DNA of 64,000 nt, from positions 1,984,001 to 2,048,000 of the forward strand of contig OZ245006.1 in the NCBI GenBank assembly GCA_965223545.1, read 5' to 3'. Below the pieces are notes generated by a model. It saw only the letters and a program-made list of their open reading frames with translations, was not told where the DNA came from and searched no databases. This document shows positions 9,706-23,481 of the stretch, in pieces. The DNA comes from Planctomycetota bacterium (lineage in GTDB: Bacteria > Planctomycetota > UBA1135 > UBA2386). Positions within the stretch are counted from its first letter, which is position 1; each line of letters starts with the position of its first letter. The translations under genes and the position numbers were made by a program.

Positions 9706-10917
9706 ATGCACAAGCTCGTAACGGCCGTCCTTCCCGTGGTGCTGTCGCCCGCGCTGATCGCGCAGGTGCAAGGCTACCAGGGACCGATCCCCGAACTCGG
9801 CGTCAACAACACGTTCCGCGTCGTGTCGACCGGCACCAACCCGGTGACCGGTGCGAACTACCCGGCGGCGGGCACGACTCCACCGGGCTTCGTCGCGGCC
9901 CCCGGCGTCCCGGCGGGCACCCGCGCCTGGACCCATACGCCGCAGCTGCGCGCCCAGGCCGGCGCCACCGTCGGCCACTACATCACCATCCAGGGCATGA
10001 CGCAGGCGATCTTCGCCGGCTCCGCGGTGACCACCTTTCCAGCGCCCAACCACTATCAGTTCCGCTGCGGCATCGCGCCCACGCAGGACCCCGGCCTGCC
10101 GTACATGCTGGAGCACGCGACCACCGGCGCCGACATCTTCTCGATCGCCGACGCCTCGCTGGCCGTCAACGCCAACGGCATCGTCGAGCACTTCGTCACG
10201 GTGACCACGCCGGTGCAGCTGGCGGCGCAGACCGAGTGGCTGTTCTACGTCGAGTACCGCGGCGGTGAGTGGCGCGACGACCCGAACGGCGGGCAGACCA
10301 TCGCCGCCGACTGGCAGGGCATCCCCGGACCGGCGCGCCAGCGCTTCGCCGGATGGGCGCTCGGCTCCAACCCGCGCACCTTGCAGCAGTGGGGCACGCA
10401 GAGCTACCGGCCCAAGATCGGCCTGCTGGTCGACGAGCCGGTGTTCACCATGACCGGCAACTACGCCAACGCGTTCGAGAACCCGCCGCTGGCGGGCGAG
10501 GAGGGGCGCGGGGTGTCGGCGGCGCGCGCCTACTTCAGCGGCAGCGGCGTGGCGCCTCCGGTGCAGCCCAACATGTTCTTCAACATCCGCGCCGGCCAGA
10601 ACTACGGCTCGACCGGCGTCGGCGTGGTGTTCTTGAACGTCGGCACCAGCTGGTTCCCGGCCTCGATCCCGATCGGCAGCTTCGGCAACCTGCTGCTCAA
10701 CCCGGCGGACCCCGCACTCGGCGTGATCAGCTTCCTGCCGCTCGTGCTGCAGGCCAACGGCATCTACCAGGGCGACTCGATGCCCTCGCAGCAGTTCAAC
10801 GTGCCGGCGCTCGGCCGCTCGTCGCGCAACATGATCATCAAGGCGCAGGGAATCGTGTTCAACTCGGGCTTCGCCAACGCCCAGTTCACCACCGCCTCGG
10901 GCCTCATCATCGAGTAA
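9706..10917 (+). CDS. Secreted hypothetical protein
   Basis: 403 aa ORF with host-like codon usage and an N-terminal signal peptide (MHKLVTAVLPVVLSPALIAQ). Confidence 0.8.
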   Translation: MHKLVTAVLPVVLSPALIAQVQGYQGPIPELGVNNTFRVVSTGTNPVTGANYPAAGTTPPGFVAAPGVPAGTRAWTHTPQLRAQAGATVGHYITIQGMTQAIFAGSAVTTFPAPNHYQFRCGIAPTQDPGLPYMLEHATTGADIFSIADASLAVNANGIVEHFVTVTTPVQLAAQTEWLFYVEYRGGEWRDDPNGGQTIAADWQGIPGPARQRFAGWALGSNPRTLQQWGTQSYRPKIGLLVDEPVFTMTGNYANAFENPPLAGEEGRGVSAARAYFSGSGVAPPVQPNMFFNIRAGQNYGSTGVGVVFLNVGTSWFPASIPIGSFGNLLLNPADPALGVISFLPLVLQANGIYQGDSMPSQQFNVPALGRSSRNMIIKAQGIVFNSGFANAQFTTASGLIIE

Positions 10918-10921
10918 GCGG

Positions 10922-11485
10922 ATGAGCGCGCGGCGAACGACGGCCATCGTCGCGGCGTGCGCCGCGACGGCGGCGGCGCTGGTCTGGTGGCCAGGCGCCG
11001 GGGACGCACCCCCTCGCGCCGCGACCGACGTTCTCGCCGACCACCCCCCGGCGCCGACCACGGCGGCGATGACCGGCCAGTGGCTGCCGCGACGCGCCGA
11101 ACCCGTCGCCTTCCTCACCGACCGCAAGAGTGATCGCCCCCACCACCGCAAGTCGGGCTACCCGCCCGGCACCCGGATCGAGGTGCGCGACCTGCCGAAA
11201 GTGCGCGACGGGATCTTCCTCCCCGACGGCACGGTGCTGCCGTACCTCAACGGTATGACGTGGGCACCGGCCGTGCAGCGCGGCCCGCAGTTCGGCCCGT
11301 TCCCGCCGGTCGTCGCTCTGGTCGTCGACTACGAGGGCTTCGAGTGGTGGGAGCACGCCGACGGCTCGACGACGACGACGCGCTACAAGGAAGTCACCGC
11401 GCACGGCGAGACCTACTGGGATCCGGGCGCGGAGCACGCGGCGACCGTGCCCAGCAGGTTGGTGCGCATCGCACCACAATCCTGA
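10922..11485 (+). CDS. Hypothetical membrane-anchored/exported protein
   Basis: 187 aa with an N-terminal hydrophobic segment, starting 4 nt after the upstream stop. Confidence 0.7.
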   Translation: MSARRTTAIVAACAATAAALVWWPGAGDAPPRAATDVLADHPPAPTTAAMTGQWLPRRAEPVAFLTDRKSDRPHHRKSGYPPGTRIEVRDLPKVRDGIFLPDGTVLPYLNGMTWAPAVQRGPQFGPFPPVVALVVDYEGFEWWEHADGSTTTTRYKEVTAHGETYWDPGAEHAATVPSRLVRIAPQS

Positions 11486-11529
11486 CACTCGCGGGTGGGG
11501 CCGGCGCGGCTGCGCCGCAGCCACCCCAT

Positions 11530-14028
11530 TCAAGGCGCGAACGAGATCACTTGACGCCCGCTCGGCGTCGGGGTCAGCGCCGCGCGTTGCCGCTCGAGGC
11601 CCCCTTCGAGGAGCACGGCGAACGCCGCCGCCGCCGGCGCGGTAAACCAGCCGGTGGAGCCACCGCGGAGCGGCACGTCGCGCCAGCTGCGGCGCCGGTC
11701 GCCCTCGAAGCTCTGCGCGCCGACTGCTTCCCCCGCTGCGGTCAACAGCCGCACGGCGTCACCGACCACGGGCGAATCGACGCGCAGCATGGTGCGCCGG
11801 TCGACCTGCACCTCGAGTGGTAGCGCGCGCTGCGCGAGCTCCCTGATCGCGGTCAGCACACCCGCGCCATCGACGCGCACGGCGTTCGCGTCTGGCGGCA
11901 CCCCGAGCAGCTCGAATCCTCCATCGGCACCGGTCCGCGCCACGTCGCCGAGCTCGAGCCGCCGCCAGAACGGCGATCCATCGCGGGCCAAGGCAAACAC
12001 GGTGCGCTGCGCGCGCACCCTGGCGCCAGCGACCGGCGCGCCGCGCTGATCGACGACCCGGCCACGCACGGGCGGCAACGCGGCGGGAGCGATCAACGCG
12101 ATCGAAACGTCGCGCGCCCCGGCGGCGATCCCGTCGCGCCGCACGATCGGCCCCGCCCCCGGCCACCGCGCCGCCAACCGGTAGGCACGATCCTCGAGTC
12201 CCTCGAGCGCGAAGCGGCCGTCCACTCCGGTGATCACCGGGCGCCACAGCACGGCGCCACCGCCGGCAATCGCGTTCTCCACCACCAACGGCTGGGCCGG
12301 CGTGGGTTCGGCCAGCGCGGCTTCGCCACAGCGTTCGAGCGATTCGTCGGCACGCCCGACGGTCGCCCAAGCCACCGTGGGATCGTCGATCCAGACCTCG
12401 GCGCCGACCGCGGGCCGACCGGAGGCATCGACGACCTGGCCCTCGATCCGGCGCGGAGCGGGGCCGAGCTCCAGGACCAGCGCCTCGCCCGCCGTCGGCC
12501 GCGAAGAGAACGCGGCGCGCGCCGGCTGGTGACCAGCCCCGACCGCGGTGAGCTCCACTGGGCCCGCGCGCCACGGCAGCGCGAACGACCCAGTGCGTCC
12601 GGTGCGGGTGATGTGCGTTCCGTCGGTGACACGCGCGCCCGCCACCGGTTGCCCGGACGAATCGACCACCGCGCCGGCGACCGCCGGCCCGCCGGCCGAC
12701 AGCGAACGCAGCTCGATCAGGGGCGGCACGTCGACCGCCGCGAAGCGGCGCGTCTCGTGGCCATCGGCCCACACCTGCACGACGACACCCTCGCACCGTG
12801 GCACCGCCGCGAGAGAGAACCGACCGTCGGCGCCGGTGAGCACGCGCGGTCGCCGCGCTCGCGGGTCGTGCAGGGGCGCGGGCAGGCCGGCTTGCAGGCT
12901 GGCGGGCAGCACGACCTCGACGAGGGCGTCAGACACGGGCTCGCCGCCGAGCGCGACGACGGTGCCCTCCACAGCGCGCCGCTCGGCGACGACCAGCGTC
13001 ACCTCGACCAGGTTGGCCGAGAGCGTCCGCCGATCGACCCAGAGCGCGGTGTGATTCGGCCCGGGCCGGATCGCGGTCAGCCGCGGATCGGCGGCTTCGA
13101 GCTCGAATCGACCATCGCCGTCGGTGAACGCGATCGCGGTGGCGACGCCACTGTTCGCCGGGGCGCGGACCAACGTCGACACCGGCTGCCCGCGCAGATC
13201 GATGACGCGGCCGGCGACGCGCACGGCAGTCGGGTCCAACGCTTCGACCACCACGTCGTGCGCGCTACCCGCCAGCGCCGCGCGCGCCGGCGCAGCCGGC
13301 GCCGCCGCTGGCGCCACGGCGGGCGCCACGGCGGGCGCCGGCAAAGCAGTCGCAATGGCTCGCCCGCGTTGCACTGCGCCTGCCGGTCGGCTGGCCAGCA
13401 TCCACCACGCGCCGGCAGCGGCCAACAGCACCACGGCCGCGCCGGCGACGACGGCCACGCCGACCGCGGGCGCCGCGGTCGAGACGCGCCCGGCGGAATC
13501 CGCCGCGAGCCAGGCGCCGATGGCGGTGGCCCAGGGTTCCCGCTGTCCACCGTGCCTGCGGTCGAGCTCGCCGCGAAGCCGCACCAGTCCGCGCTGCAGC
13601 CTCGTCTTGACCGTAGCCACGGGGATCTGCTCTCGGGCGGCGATCTCGCTCGGCGTCCAGCCCTCGTAGTAGCGCCACAAGAGGACTTGCCGGTAGGGCG
13701 CCGGGAGAGCCTGCACCGCCTCGGTGACCTGCCGCCGCACCGAATCGGCCAGCACCGCGTCGAACGTCGATGGGCTGTGGTCGTCGCACGCCGCCTCCAC
13801 CTCCCGGTGACGCCGGCGCCGCTCGCGGCGCCGCTGCAACCAGAGCTGGTTGCGCAGCACCTTTCCCAGCCATGCCCGCGGCGCGCGCAGCTCGGCGTCG
13901 GGACTGGTCAGCGCCGCCAGGTAGGCCTCCTGCGCGAGGTCGTCGGCCTGCTCGGGGTCGCGCACCAGCTGCTGGGCCAAGGCCCGCACCCACGACACCT
14001 CACCGATCAACGCTCGAGCGTCCGCCAT
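11530..14028 (-). CDS. ECF sigma-70 factor fused to a TM helix and carboxypeptidase-regulatory-like repeats
   Basis: N-terminal ADDLAQEAYLAAL...AWL and region 4 EIAAREQIPVATVKTRLQRG, then a TM helix, then repeats of G.VVD..G.PVAGA.V...TGADGRF.L. Confidence 0.85.
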   Translation of the reverse strand: MADARALIGEVSWVRALAQQLVRDPEQADDLAQEAYLAALTSPDAELRAPRAWLGKVLRNQLWLQRRRERRRRHREVEAACDDHSPSTFDAVLADSVRRQVTEAVQALPAPYRQVLLWRYYEGWTPSEIAAREQIPVATVKTRLQRGLVRLRGELDRRHGGQREPWATAIGAWLAADSAGRVSTAAPAVGVAVVAGAAVVLLAAAGAWWMLASRPAGAVQRGRAIATALPAPAVAPAVAPAAAPAAPARAALAGSAHDVVVEALDPTAVRVAGRVIDLRGQPVSTLVRAPANSGVATAIAFTDGDGRFELEAADPRLTAIRPGPNHTALWVDRRTLSANLVEVTLVVAERRAVEGTVVALGGEPVSDALVEVVLPASLQAGLPAPLHDPRARRPRVLTGADGRFSLAAVPRCEGVVVQVWADGHETRRFAAVDVPPLIELRSLSAGGPAVAGAVVDSSGQPVAGARVTDGTHITRTGRTGSFALPWRAGPVELTAVGAGHQPARAAFSSRPTAGEALVLELGPAPRRIEGQVVDASGRPAVGAEVWIDDPTVAWATVGRADESLERCGEAALAEPTPAQPLVVENAIAGGGAVLWRPVITGVDGRFALEGLEDRAYRLAARWPGAGPIVRRDGIAAGARDVSIALIAPAALPPVRGRVVDQRGAPVAGARVRAQRTVFALARDGSPFWRRLELGDVARTGADGGFELLGVPPDANAVRVDGAGVLTAIRELAQRALPLEVQVDRRTMLRVDSPVVGDAVRLLTAAGEAVGAQSFEGDRRRSWRDVPLRGGSTGWFTAPAAAAFAVLLEGGLERQRAALTPTPSGRQVISFAP

Positions 14029-14299
14029 GCCTTTTTCGCTGCCAGTTGCACGTGTTCCACAAGGCCTCGTTGTCGCCGGCGAGTCTCGGGACTCCGAAAT
14101 CCGGCAGATCCGCGGCGCACCCGGGCAATGCCATCATCGCGAATGGAACGCCGGCGAGGCCGCCCAGACCACGGAACAACGCCCGGACCATGCTCCTCCA
14201 CGCGCACTTCCGGCGACGCGCCGCGAGAAAGAGGTCAGAATCGGCGAGTCCCCAGCCGACTGAGCGGCAACCCGGTCGATTGCACGGAGCCGCCGACGC

Positions 14300-15445
14300 A
14301 TGCCAAACCCCGCCGTTCGAATCAGCATGGCCGCGTGCCTGGCGGCGGCCCCGGTGTCGGCCATCCCGCAGGCCGCCACCCCAGGGGCCGCAGCCCCACG
14401 AACCAGCGACAACCAGGCCGCACCCGCGACCTGGTACAGCTCCGGATTCGACGCGGCCGTCCAGGTGGCGACCCGCGCCGGCGCGCCGCTGCTCGGCTAC
14501 TTCTGGATGCCCGACAGCCAGCACTGCGCCAACCTGTGGAGCGAGACGTTGGACGGACCGGCGGCCGCGGCTCGCCTGAGCGGGCTCACCTGCTTCAGCG
14601 CCGACGTCACCACCGGCGAAGGGCACGCCCTGGCCCAGCGCTTCGGCGTGCGGTCGCTGCCGGCGGTGCTCTTGTTCGACCGCGCGGGCCGCCCCGACGA
14701 GGCCATCTGGGGCCACGTACCGACCGCCGAGTTCGACCGCCGGCTGGCGCTGGCGCAGGCCGGTACGGGCACGGTGTCGGCGCTGCGCGAACGCGCCTCG
14801 GGCGCCCCCGACGATCTCGACCTGCGCTTCACGCTGGCCGCCAAGCTGCTCGACGTCGGCGACCGCGACGGCGGCCAGCTGTTGTTCGACTCGATCCGCA
14901 CGGCCGATCCGAACGGCGCGACCATTGGTGGAGCCCGCCTGCTGCTGCGCGACGCCACCGACGCGGCCCAGGCCACGCTCAGCGCCGCGCCCGACCCCGC
15001 CGCGGTGGACCTGCAGCACGTCTACGCGGTGGTCGAGTCCCTGCGCCACGACGTGGTCGCGTTCGCCGGCTGGAGCTGGCTGGCTCAGACCGAAGAGCAG
15101 CGCGGCGACGGCGCCGCGGCGCGGCGCGCGCTCGACCGCGGCTGGGAGCGCGCCGGCGACCCGCCGCCGCCGCTCTGGCCCGCGCAGGTCGCCGACACCT
15201 ACTGGCGCACGCGCGCCGATCTCGGCGACGACGAGGCGCACTCCCTGTTGCAGCGCGTGGCACGGGCCGTGGCCGACCATCCGGCGACAGCGGCCAAGGA
15301 ACGCGCGCTCCAGCTCGTGGCCTGGGCGCGCGCGCACGCACTCACCGGCGACCGTGGCGAGGCCCGCCGGCTGGCGGACGCCGCGCTCGAGCTCGCGCCA
15401 GGGGATCCCGAGCTGCGCGAGGCGGCAACCGCATTAGTGCAGTGA
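14300..15445 (+). CDS. Exported thioredoxin-like fold and helical/TPR-like protein
   Basis: Signal-like N-terminus, YFWMPDSQHC (SxxC in place of CxxC), LAQRFGVRSLPAVLLFD, and an alpha-helical C-terminus. Confidence 0.65.
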   Translation: MPNPAVRISMAACLAAAPVSAIPQAATPGAAAPRTSDNQAAPATWYSSGFDAAVQVATRAGAPLLGYFWMPDSQHCANLWSETLDGPAAAARLSGLTCFSADVTTGEGHALAQRFGVRSLPAVLLFDRAGRPDEAIWGHVPTAEFDRRLALAQAGTGTVSALRERASGAPDDLDLRFTLAAKLLDVGDRDGGQLLFDSIRTADPNGATIGGARLLLRDATDAAQATLSAAPDPAAVDLQHVYAVVESLRHDVVAFAGWSWLAQTEEQRGDGAAARRALDRGWERAGDPPPPLWPAQVADTYWRTRADLGDDEAHSLLQRVARAVADHPATAAKERALQLVAWARAHALTGDRGEARRLADAALELAPGDPELREAATALVQ

Positions 15446-18004
15446 CCCACGCGGCGCCGTGGCACGGCGCCGCCAACGCATCGCGACGAACTCGACCAAC
15501 ACGACGAGCAACACCGCGAGCAGAGCGATGCCCGCCAGGTCAGCGGCGATGCTCGTCGAGGTGCTCACCTGGGCCGCCGGCGACGGCCGGTAGTCTTCGA
15601 GTGGAGTGAGGTCGCCACCGGCGCAGGCCGCCAGCCACTCGCGCTCCGCGCGGCGGGGTGCCGGTGGGGTGAGCACCCGGTCCGCGAGGAGATCGCGCAC
15701 CGGCGCGGCCTGCGGCGGCTGCAGCGCGCTGACCCACTGCGCCAGCCAGGCCGGGAACTCGGCCGCCGCGCGCCACCGGCTCCCCCAACCGTCGGTCAAC
15801 CCAGAGGTCCACACGAAGACCCGGCCGAGGCCGCGGTTGGCCAACGCGAGCAGTGGAACCCCCTCGTCCGCGCGGCGCGCCACCAGCAGGACCCGGGCGT
15901 CGGCGCGGGCGGCGACATCGGCGACGCCGCCGACCGGCGGCAGCTCGACGACCCTGGGCTCGAGCAAGGGCGACGCCTCGGCCACCGCCAAGACCGGCAA
16001 CCACTGCTGTTCCGGTGGCGCCTCGTCCGCTGGCGTGGGCTCCGGCTCCGGCGGCGGCTCCGGCTCGGGCGGAGACGGCTCGGGTGACGGCGTGTCATCC
16101 GGCGGCGGCTCGTCGTCCGCCGGACCATCGCCGGCGCCGTCTCCGTCGCCGGTCGAACGGCCGACCCTGCCGAGCGCGGTCTCGACCTCGAGGCTCATGA
16201 GCCGCGGGATCTCCGCGGGGTTGACCGAACGGCGGAACACGCCACCGCCGAGCTCCGCGATGCGGCTGGGCTCGTAGGCGGTCACGTTCTCGTTGGCGAC
16301 GACCTGGATCACGCTCACCGTGATTCCGGCAGCGCGCGCCGCCGCGGCGGCGAACACCGCGTTCTCCGGGTCGTAGATGTCCCCGTCGGAGATCACCACG
16401 ATGTGCCGCACACCCGCGACGCCGGCCGGCAGCAGCGCAGTCGCCTTGTCGAGCGCGTCGCGCAGCAGAGTCGTCTCGGAGGTCGCCACCAGCCGACGCT
16501 CGAGGATCTCGCGGATCTCCGCCCGCCGCTCGGCCGGGGTCAGCGGCATCACCACCTGGCCGGTGAAGCCAAAGGTGACCGCCCCCACCGCATCGCCATC
16601 GCGCAGGCCCTCGGCGGTCAAGAGCGCACTCTCCCGCGCGTAGTCCATGGTGGTGAAGCCCTCTCGCGAGCGCTCCTGCATCGAACGCGAGCGGTCGACG
16701 ACCAACACGATCGCCACCGTGCGACGCTGGACTTCGACCTCTGGCCCGGGCACGGCGCGCGCGCCGCTGGTGTCGCCCTCCGCGGCGGCATCTCCCGCCG
16801 GCGGCGGAGGAGTTTCCTCGGCCGCGGCGGTCGGCGCTTCGCTCGACTGCGGCCGGGGCTCGCGCTCGGCGGGCGGGTCGGCGGGGGGCGGCAGCGGCGC
16901 GGACGACTCCGGCGCCGGCGACGCATCGTCCGGCGACACCGCCGCACTGCCGTCGCCGCCGGGCCCCACCGCGGGTGGGCGGGCGACCGCGCGGACGTGC
17001 ACCGGCAACAGCTCGTGCAACGGCGCTCCCGGCTCGACCAACGCACCGCCGCGCTCGCCACCGACCACCAACAGGCCGCCGCCTCGGTCGACCCAGTCGG
17101 CGAGGGCGGCCTGCTCCTCGGCGCCGATCGGATCGAGCAGCACCAGCGCGGCGACGTCGTCGCCGGGCGGCACCTCGACGCGCGGCGCGGCGTCGACCGC
17201 CAAGCCCTGGACGCGCAGGGCCGCGGCCACCACCTCGCCATCGACACCGATCACCCGCACGCGCTTCCCGGGCACCGCGACGACCGAGGCAGCCATCGTC
17301 AGCGCGTTGTCCGCGGTCTCGACGACGACCGCGATCGAGTGCTCACCCTCGACCTCCGGCGTCCAATCGAAACGCTGCCGCCCGTCGCGGCGCAGGACTC
17401 CGGCGTCGAGCGCGGCGCGGTGCACAGCTCGCTCACCGACCCGGATCTCCAGTGCGCCGCCCTCGACCGGCGCCGCGCGCGGCAGCACGATCTCGAGCGC
17501 CGCCGGCCGGTGCACTGCGGTGGCCCCCAGCGCGTACAACGCGCAGTCGCCGGGCTCGACCGGTGGCGGTCCGGCGATGGTGAGGGCGGCATCGGCCCGT
17601 CGCGCCGGCGAGCCGAGCGGCGCGAACCGCCCATTCCACACCGCCAGCACGATGCGCCGGCGACCCGCCGGCACCGGCAACAGCGCGGCCTCGGCCAGTC
17701 GCTCGCCGACCGGCGCGCTCCCGGCGATGTCCCGCCACGTGGTCCGCGCGTCCGCCCGCGCCGTGCCGGACACCCCGGGCTCCGCTGCGGGCATCGACAA
17801 TGACACCGCCCCGTCGGTCGGCACGACGACCAACTCGACCCCCTGTGCACGCCGCCACTCGACCCGTGGATCGGAGACCGCGTAACACAGCAGTGCCACC
17901 GCCACGGCGGCCGCAACGCGCGCCACCGCCGGGCCGGAACGCCGGCGCGACAGCCCGATCGCCGCCACCACGGCCGCGGTCATGGCCAGCGCCCCGCTCA
18001 GCAC
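15434..18004 (-). CDS. VWA-domain membrane protein with glutamine-amidotransferase-like segments
   Basis: MIDAS motif VVDRSRSM, VVISDGD, DWVDRGGGLLVVGG, GLGRVFVWTS, Pro/acidic linkers and terminal TM helices. Confidence 0.8.
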   Translation of the reverse strand: MLSGALAMTAAVVAAIGLSRRRSGPAVARVAAAVAVALLCYAVSDPRVEWRRAQGVELVVVPTDGAVSLSMPAAEPGVSGTARADARTTWRDIAGSAPVGERLAEAALLPVPAGRRRIVLAVWNGRFAPLGSPARRADAALTIAGPPPVEPGDCALYALGATAVHRPAALEIVLPRAAPVEGGALEIRVGERAVHRAALDAGVLRRDGRQRFDWTPEVEGEHSIAVVVETADNALTMAASVVAVPGKRVRVIGVDGEVVAAALRVQGLAVDAAPRVEVPPGDDVAALVLLDPIGAEEQAALADWVDRGGGLLVVGGERGGALVEPGAPLHELLPVHVRAVARPPAVGPGGDGSAAVSPDDASPAPESSAPLPPPADPPAEREPRPQSSEAPTAAAEETPPPPAGDAAAEGDTSGARAVPGPEVEVQRRTVAIVLVVDRSRSMQERSREGFTTMDYARESALLTAEGLRDGDAVGAVTFGFTGQVVMPLTPAERRAEIREILERRLVATSETTLLRDALDKATALLPAGVAGVRHIVVISDGDIYDPENAVFAAAAARAAGITVSVIQVVANENVTAYEPSRIAELGGGVFRRSVNPAEIPRLMSLEVETALGRVGRSTGDGDGAGDGPADDEPPPDDTPSPEPSPPEPEPPPEPEPTPADEAPPEQQWLPVLAVAEASPLLEPRVVELPPVGGVADVAARADARVLLVARRADEGVPLLALANRGLGRVFVWTSGLTDGWGSRWRAAAEFPAWLAQWVSALQPPQAAPVRDLLADRVLTPPAPRRAEREWLAACAGGDLTPLEDYRPSPAAQVSTSTSIAADLAGIALLAVLLVVLVEFVAMRWRRRATAPRGSLH

Positions 18005-18010
18005 CGGGAC

Positions 18011-18215
18011 CTCAGCGCGGCCGGGGCCGCAACGAAAGACCGAGCACGCCGCGACAGTAGCGGAGCCCGCAGTTCCAGCGGTGCGGGACGGCCGCGCTGA
18101 GCGCAGACGCCAGTGTTGCTTTCGAGCGTCCGGGAGTTGCGGTATCGAAGTTCCGACGACAACCGGCCTTCGGAAGGGTTGTCGCCTCCCGAAGATTCTC
18201 GGCCCCGGACACTCA
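18011..18215 (-). repeat. Dispersed ~205 bp two-hairpin repeat, copy 2
   Basis: Reverse complement of copies 1 and 3. Its first TGA is the stop codon of the 18213-19433 gene. Confidence 0.9.
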
Positions 18216-19433
18216 CGGTAGGAACACCGGCATCAACCAATCGACGCGGTCGCCCAAGAACCAGCCCTCGCCGAAGTCGGCGCGCAGGATCACGCGGCTG
18301 CCCGGGCGCACGGTGATGGCACCGAGGCTGCGCGGCAGCTGACCGACGCGCACCGGGGCGGGGCCGAAGACCACTTCGCCATCGACCTCGACCGACACCG
18401 AGGCGCTGGCGCGCAGGCCGGTGCGCTGTGCCGAGTCGTCGATCCCGACCGCTCCCACCAGGCGATGGAAACCCGGCGGCACCTCATAGGTCAAGGCACA
18501 GCGGGCATGGACCCCGAGCCCCGTCGCGCTGGCAATGCCGCCCGCGACCAACAAGCCGCCGGTCGCCGCCCGATCGATGCGGAACGGATAGAGCGGCGCT
18601 CGCGCATCCTCGAACTCCGCGCCGCGCTCTTCGACCTCGACCGGAGCCAACGCCGACAGCGGCTGCCGCGTCGCCGGCATGAGCGTGAGCGCGCTGACCT
18701 CCGCCAGCGGCAGCGCGCGTTCTCGCTCCTGCTCGTCGACGAACACGACGCGGTCCGGTGGCGATGCCGCGATCGTCCCCGAGATCAGGTCGCCGGCGCG
18801 GGTCACCAGCCGCACATCGCCGCGCCGCTCCGCCGCGCTGCCGGTGGCGAGGGCGACCCCCGCCAGCCGGTCGTAGCGGTAGAGACGCGGCCCGCGCCCC
18901 TGCTCCCATTCGAACACGATGCCGTCCTCGGTGAAGCGATGGATGCCGCCGAGCAGGGTCTCGTAGCCACGCTCGACCGGGCGAAACAAGGCTTCGCCGT
19001 TCGCGCGCTCGGGCAACACGAACGCATCCGCGCCGCGACCACGGGCGCCAGCGGCGAACACGGCGATGCGCAGCCGGTCGATCCACACCGGCACGGGCCC
19101 CAGGGACGGCGATTGCACGGTGAAGGTCTCGCCGACCTCGTCTCCGCCCGAGATCGCGCCGCGCAGCAGATCGCCGCCCACCAAGTGCACCTCGACCTCG
19201 CCGCGCGGAGCCGGGGCACCGAAGTGCACCGACAGCACGTCGGCAGCGGCCAGAGTCCGGTTGCCGTCCTCCGAGCGCAGTACCAACCCCGGCGTGGTGC
19301 CGGCGCGCCAGCCGCCGAAGCTGCCTTCGAGCCAACGGCCTTCCACCGTGAGCACGCGCACCTCCTGAGCCGGGAGCGCCGCGAGCGCGGCCCCCACCAC
19401 CCACAACCCCGACCACAGCGTCGATCGCATCAT
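18213..19433 (-). CDS. Secreted NPCBM/NEW2 domain protein
   Basis: Signal peptide and C-terminal [14 protein letters not shown]...GAVGIDD...GDRVDW NPCBM pattern. Confidence 0.8.
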   Translation of the reverse strand: MMRSTLWSGLWVVGAALAALPAQEVRVLTVEGRWLEGSFGGWRAGTTPGLVLRSEDGNRTLAAADVLSVHFGAPAPRGEVEVHLVGGDLLRGAISGGDEVGETFTVQSPSLGPVPVWIDRLRIAVFAAGARGRGADAFVLPERANGEALFRPVERGYETLLGGIHRFTEDGIVFEWEQGRGPRLYRYDRLAGVALATGSAAERRGDVRLVTRAGDLISGTIAASPPDRVVFVDEQERERALPLAEVSALTLMPATRQPLSALAPVEVEERGAEFEDARAPLYPFRIDRAATGGLLVAGGIASATGLGVHARCALTYEVPPGFHRLVGAVGIDDSAQRTGLRASASVSVEVDGEVVFGPAPVRVGQLPRSLGAITVRPGSRVILRADFGEGWFLGDRVDWLMPVFLP

Positions 19434-19617
19434 GTCAGTTTGTCATTCGGAAACGGTGCCGAACCATCGAGCCTGCCAGTTTGGCGCGGACGGCGAAGCG
19501 CCGCCGCCGGTGGTACCCGGATCGGCGCCTGCCCTCCCCGGGATCAACTCACACAAATCACTCATGAATCAGAGATTACGTCTAGCGAGCTGCGGTTGTG
19601 CGAAACGCGGCCAGCCC

Positions 19618-19633
19618 TGGCACCGGGTTTGCT
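19618..19633 (+). promoter_or_regulatory. Putative sigma54 promoter of the groEL operon
   Basis: TGGCACCGGGTTTGCT is a near-perfect TGGCAC-N5-TTGCW match, 73 nt upstream of the groEL ATG, with an AT-richer tract at about 19545-19582. Confidence 0.65.
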
Positions 19634-19706
19634 TCCCGCGCGCGCAACCCGAGGTGCACCCACAGTTCTCGGAGCATCCATACGGTCCACCAAGATACGA
19701 AAACTC

Positions 19707-21404
<1,698 letters not shown>

Positions 21405-21472
21405 GCCGCAGCCGCCGCCGACCGGCGCCCCGCGAATCCAATTTCGAAACTACAAGACAAGGAAACACAGAC

Positions 21473-23370
<1,898 letters not shown>

Positions 23371-23481
23371 CGGCAACGGCCGACCCGATGGCCTGGGTGG
23401 CGCTGCCGCCCGGGCCCGCCCGAGGCTGAAGACGTCGCCGACTCGACCGCCGCGCGCACGGCCGCGCGGAACCGCAACACC

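Noticed and set aside
18465..19706. N-terminal extension of the 979 aa GroEL ORF
   Set aside because: It overlaps the opposite-strand NPCBM gene. GroEL homology starts at MVKQLTF (19707).
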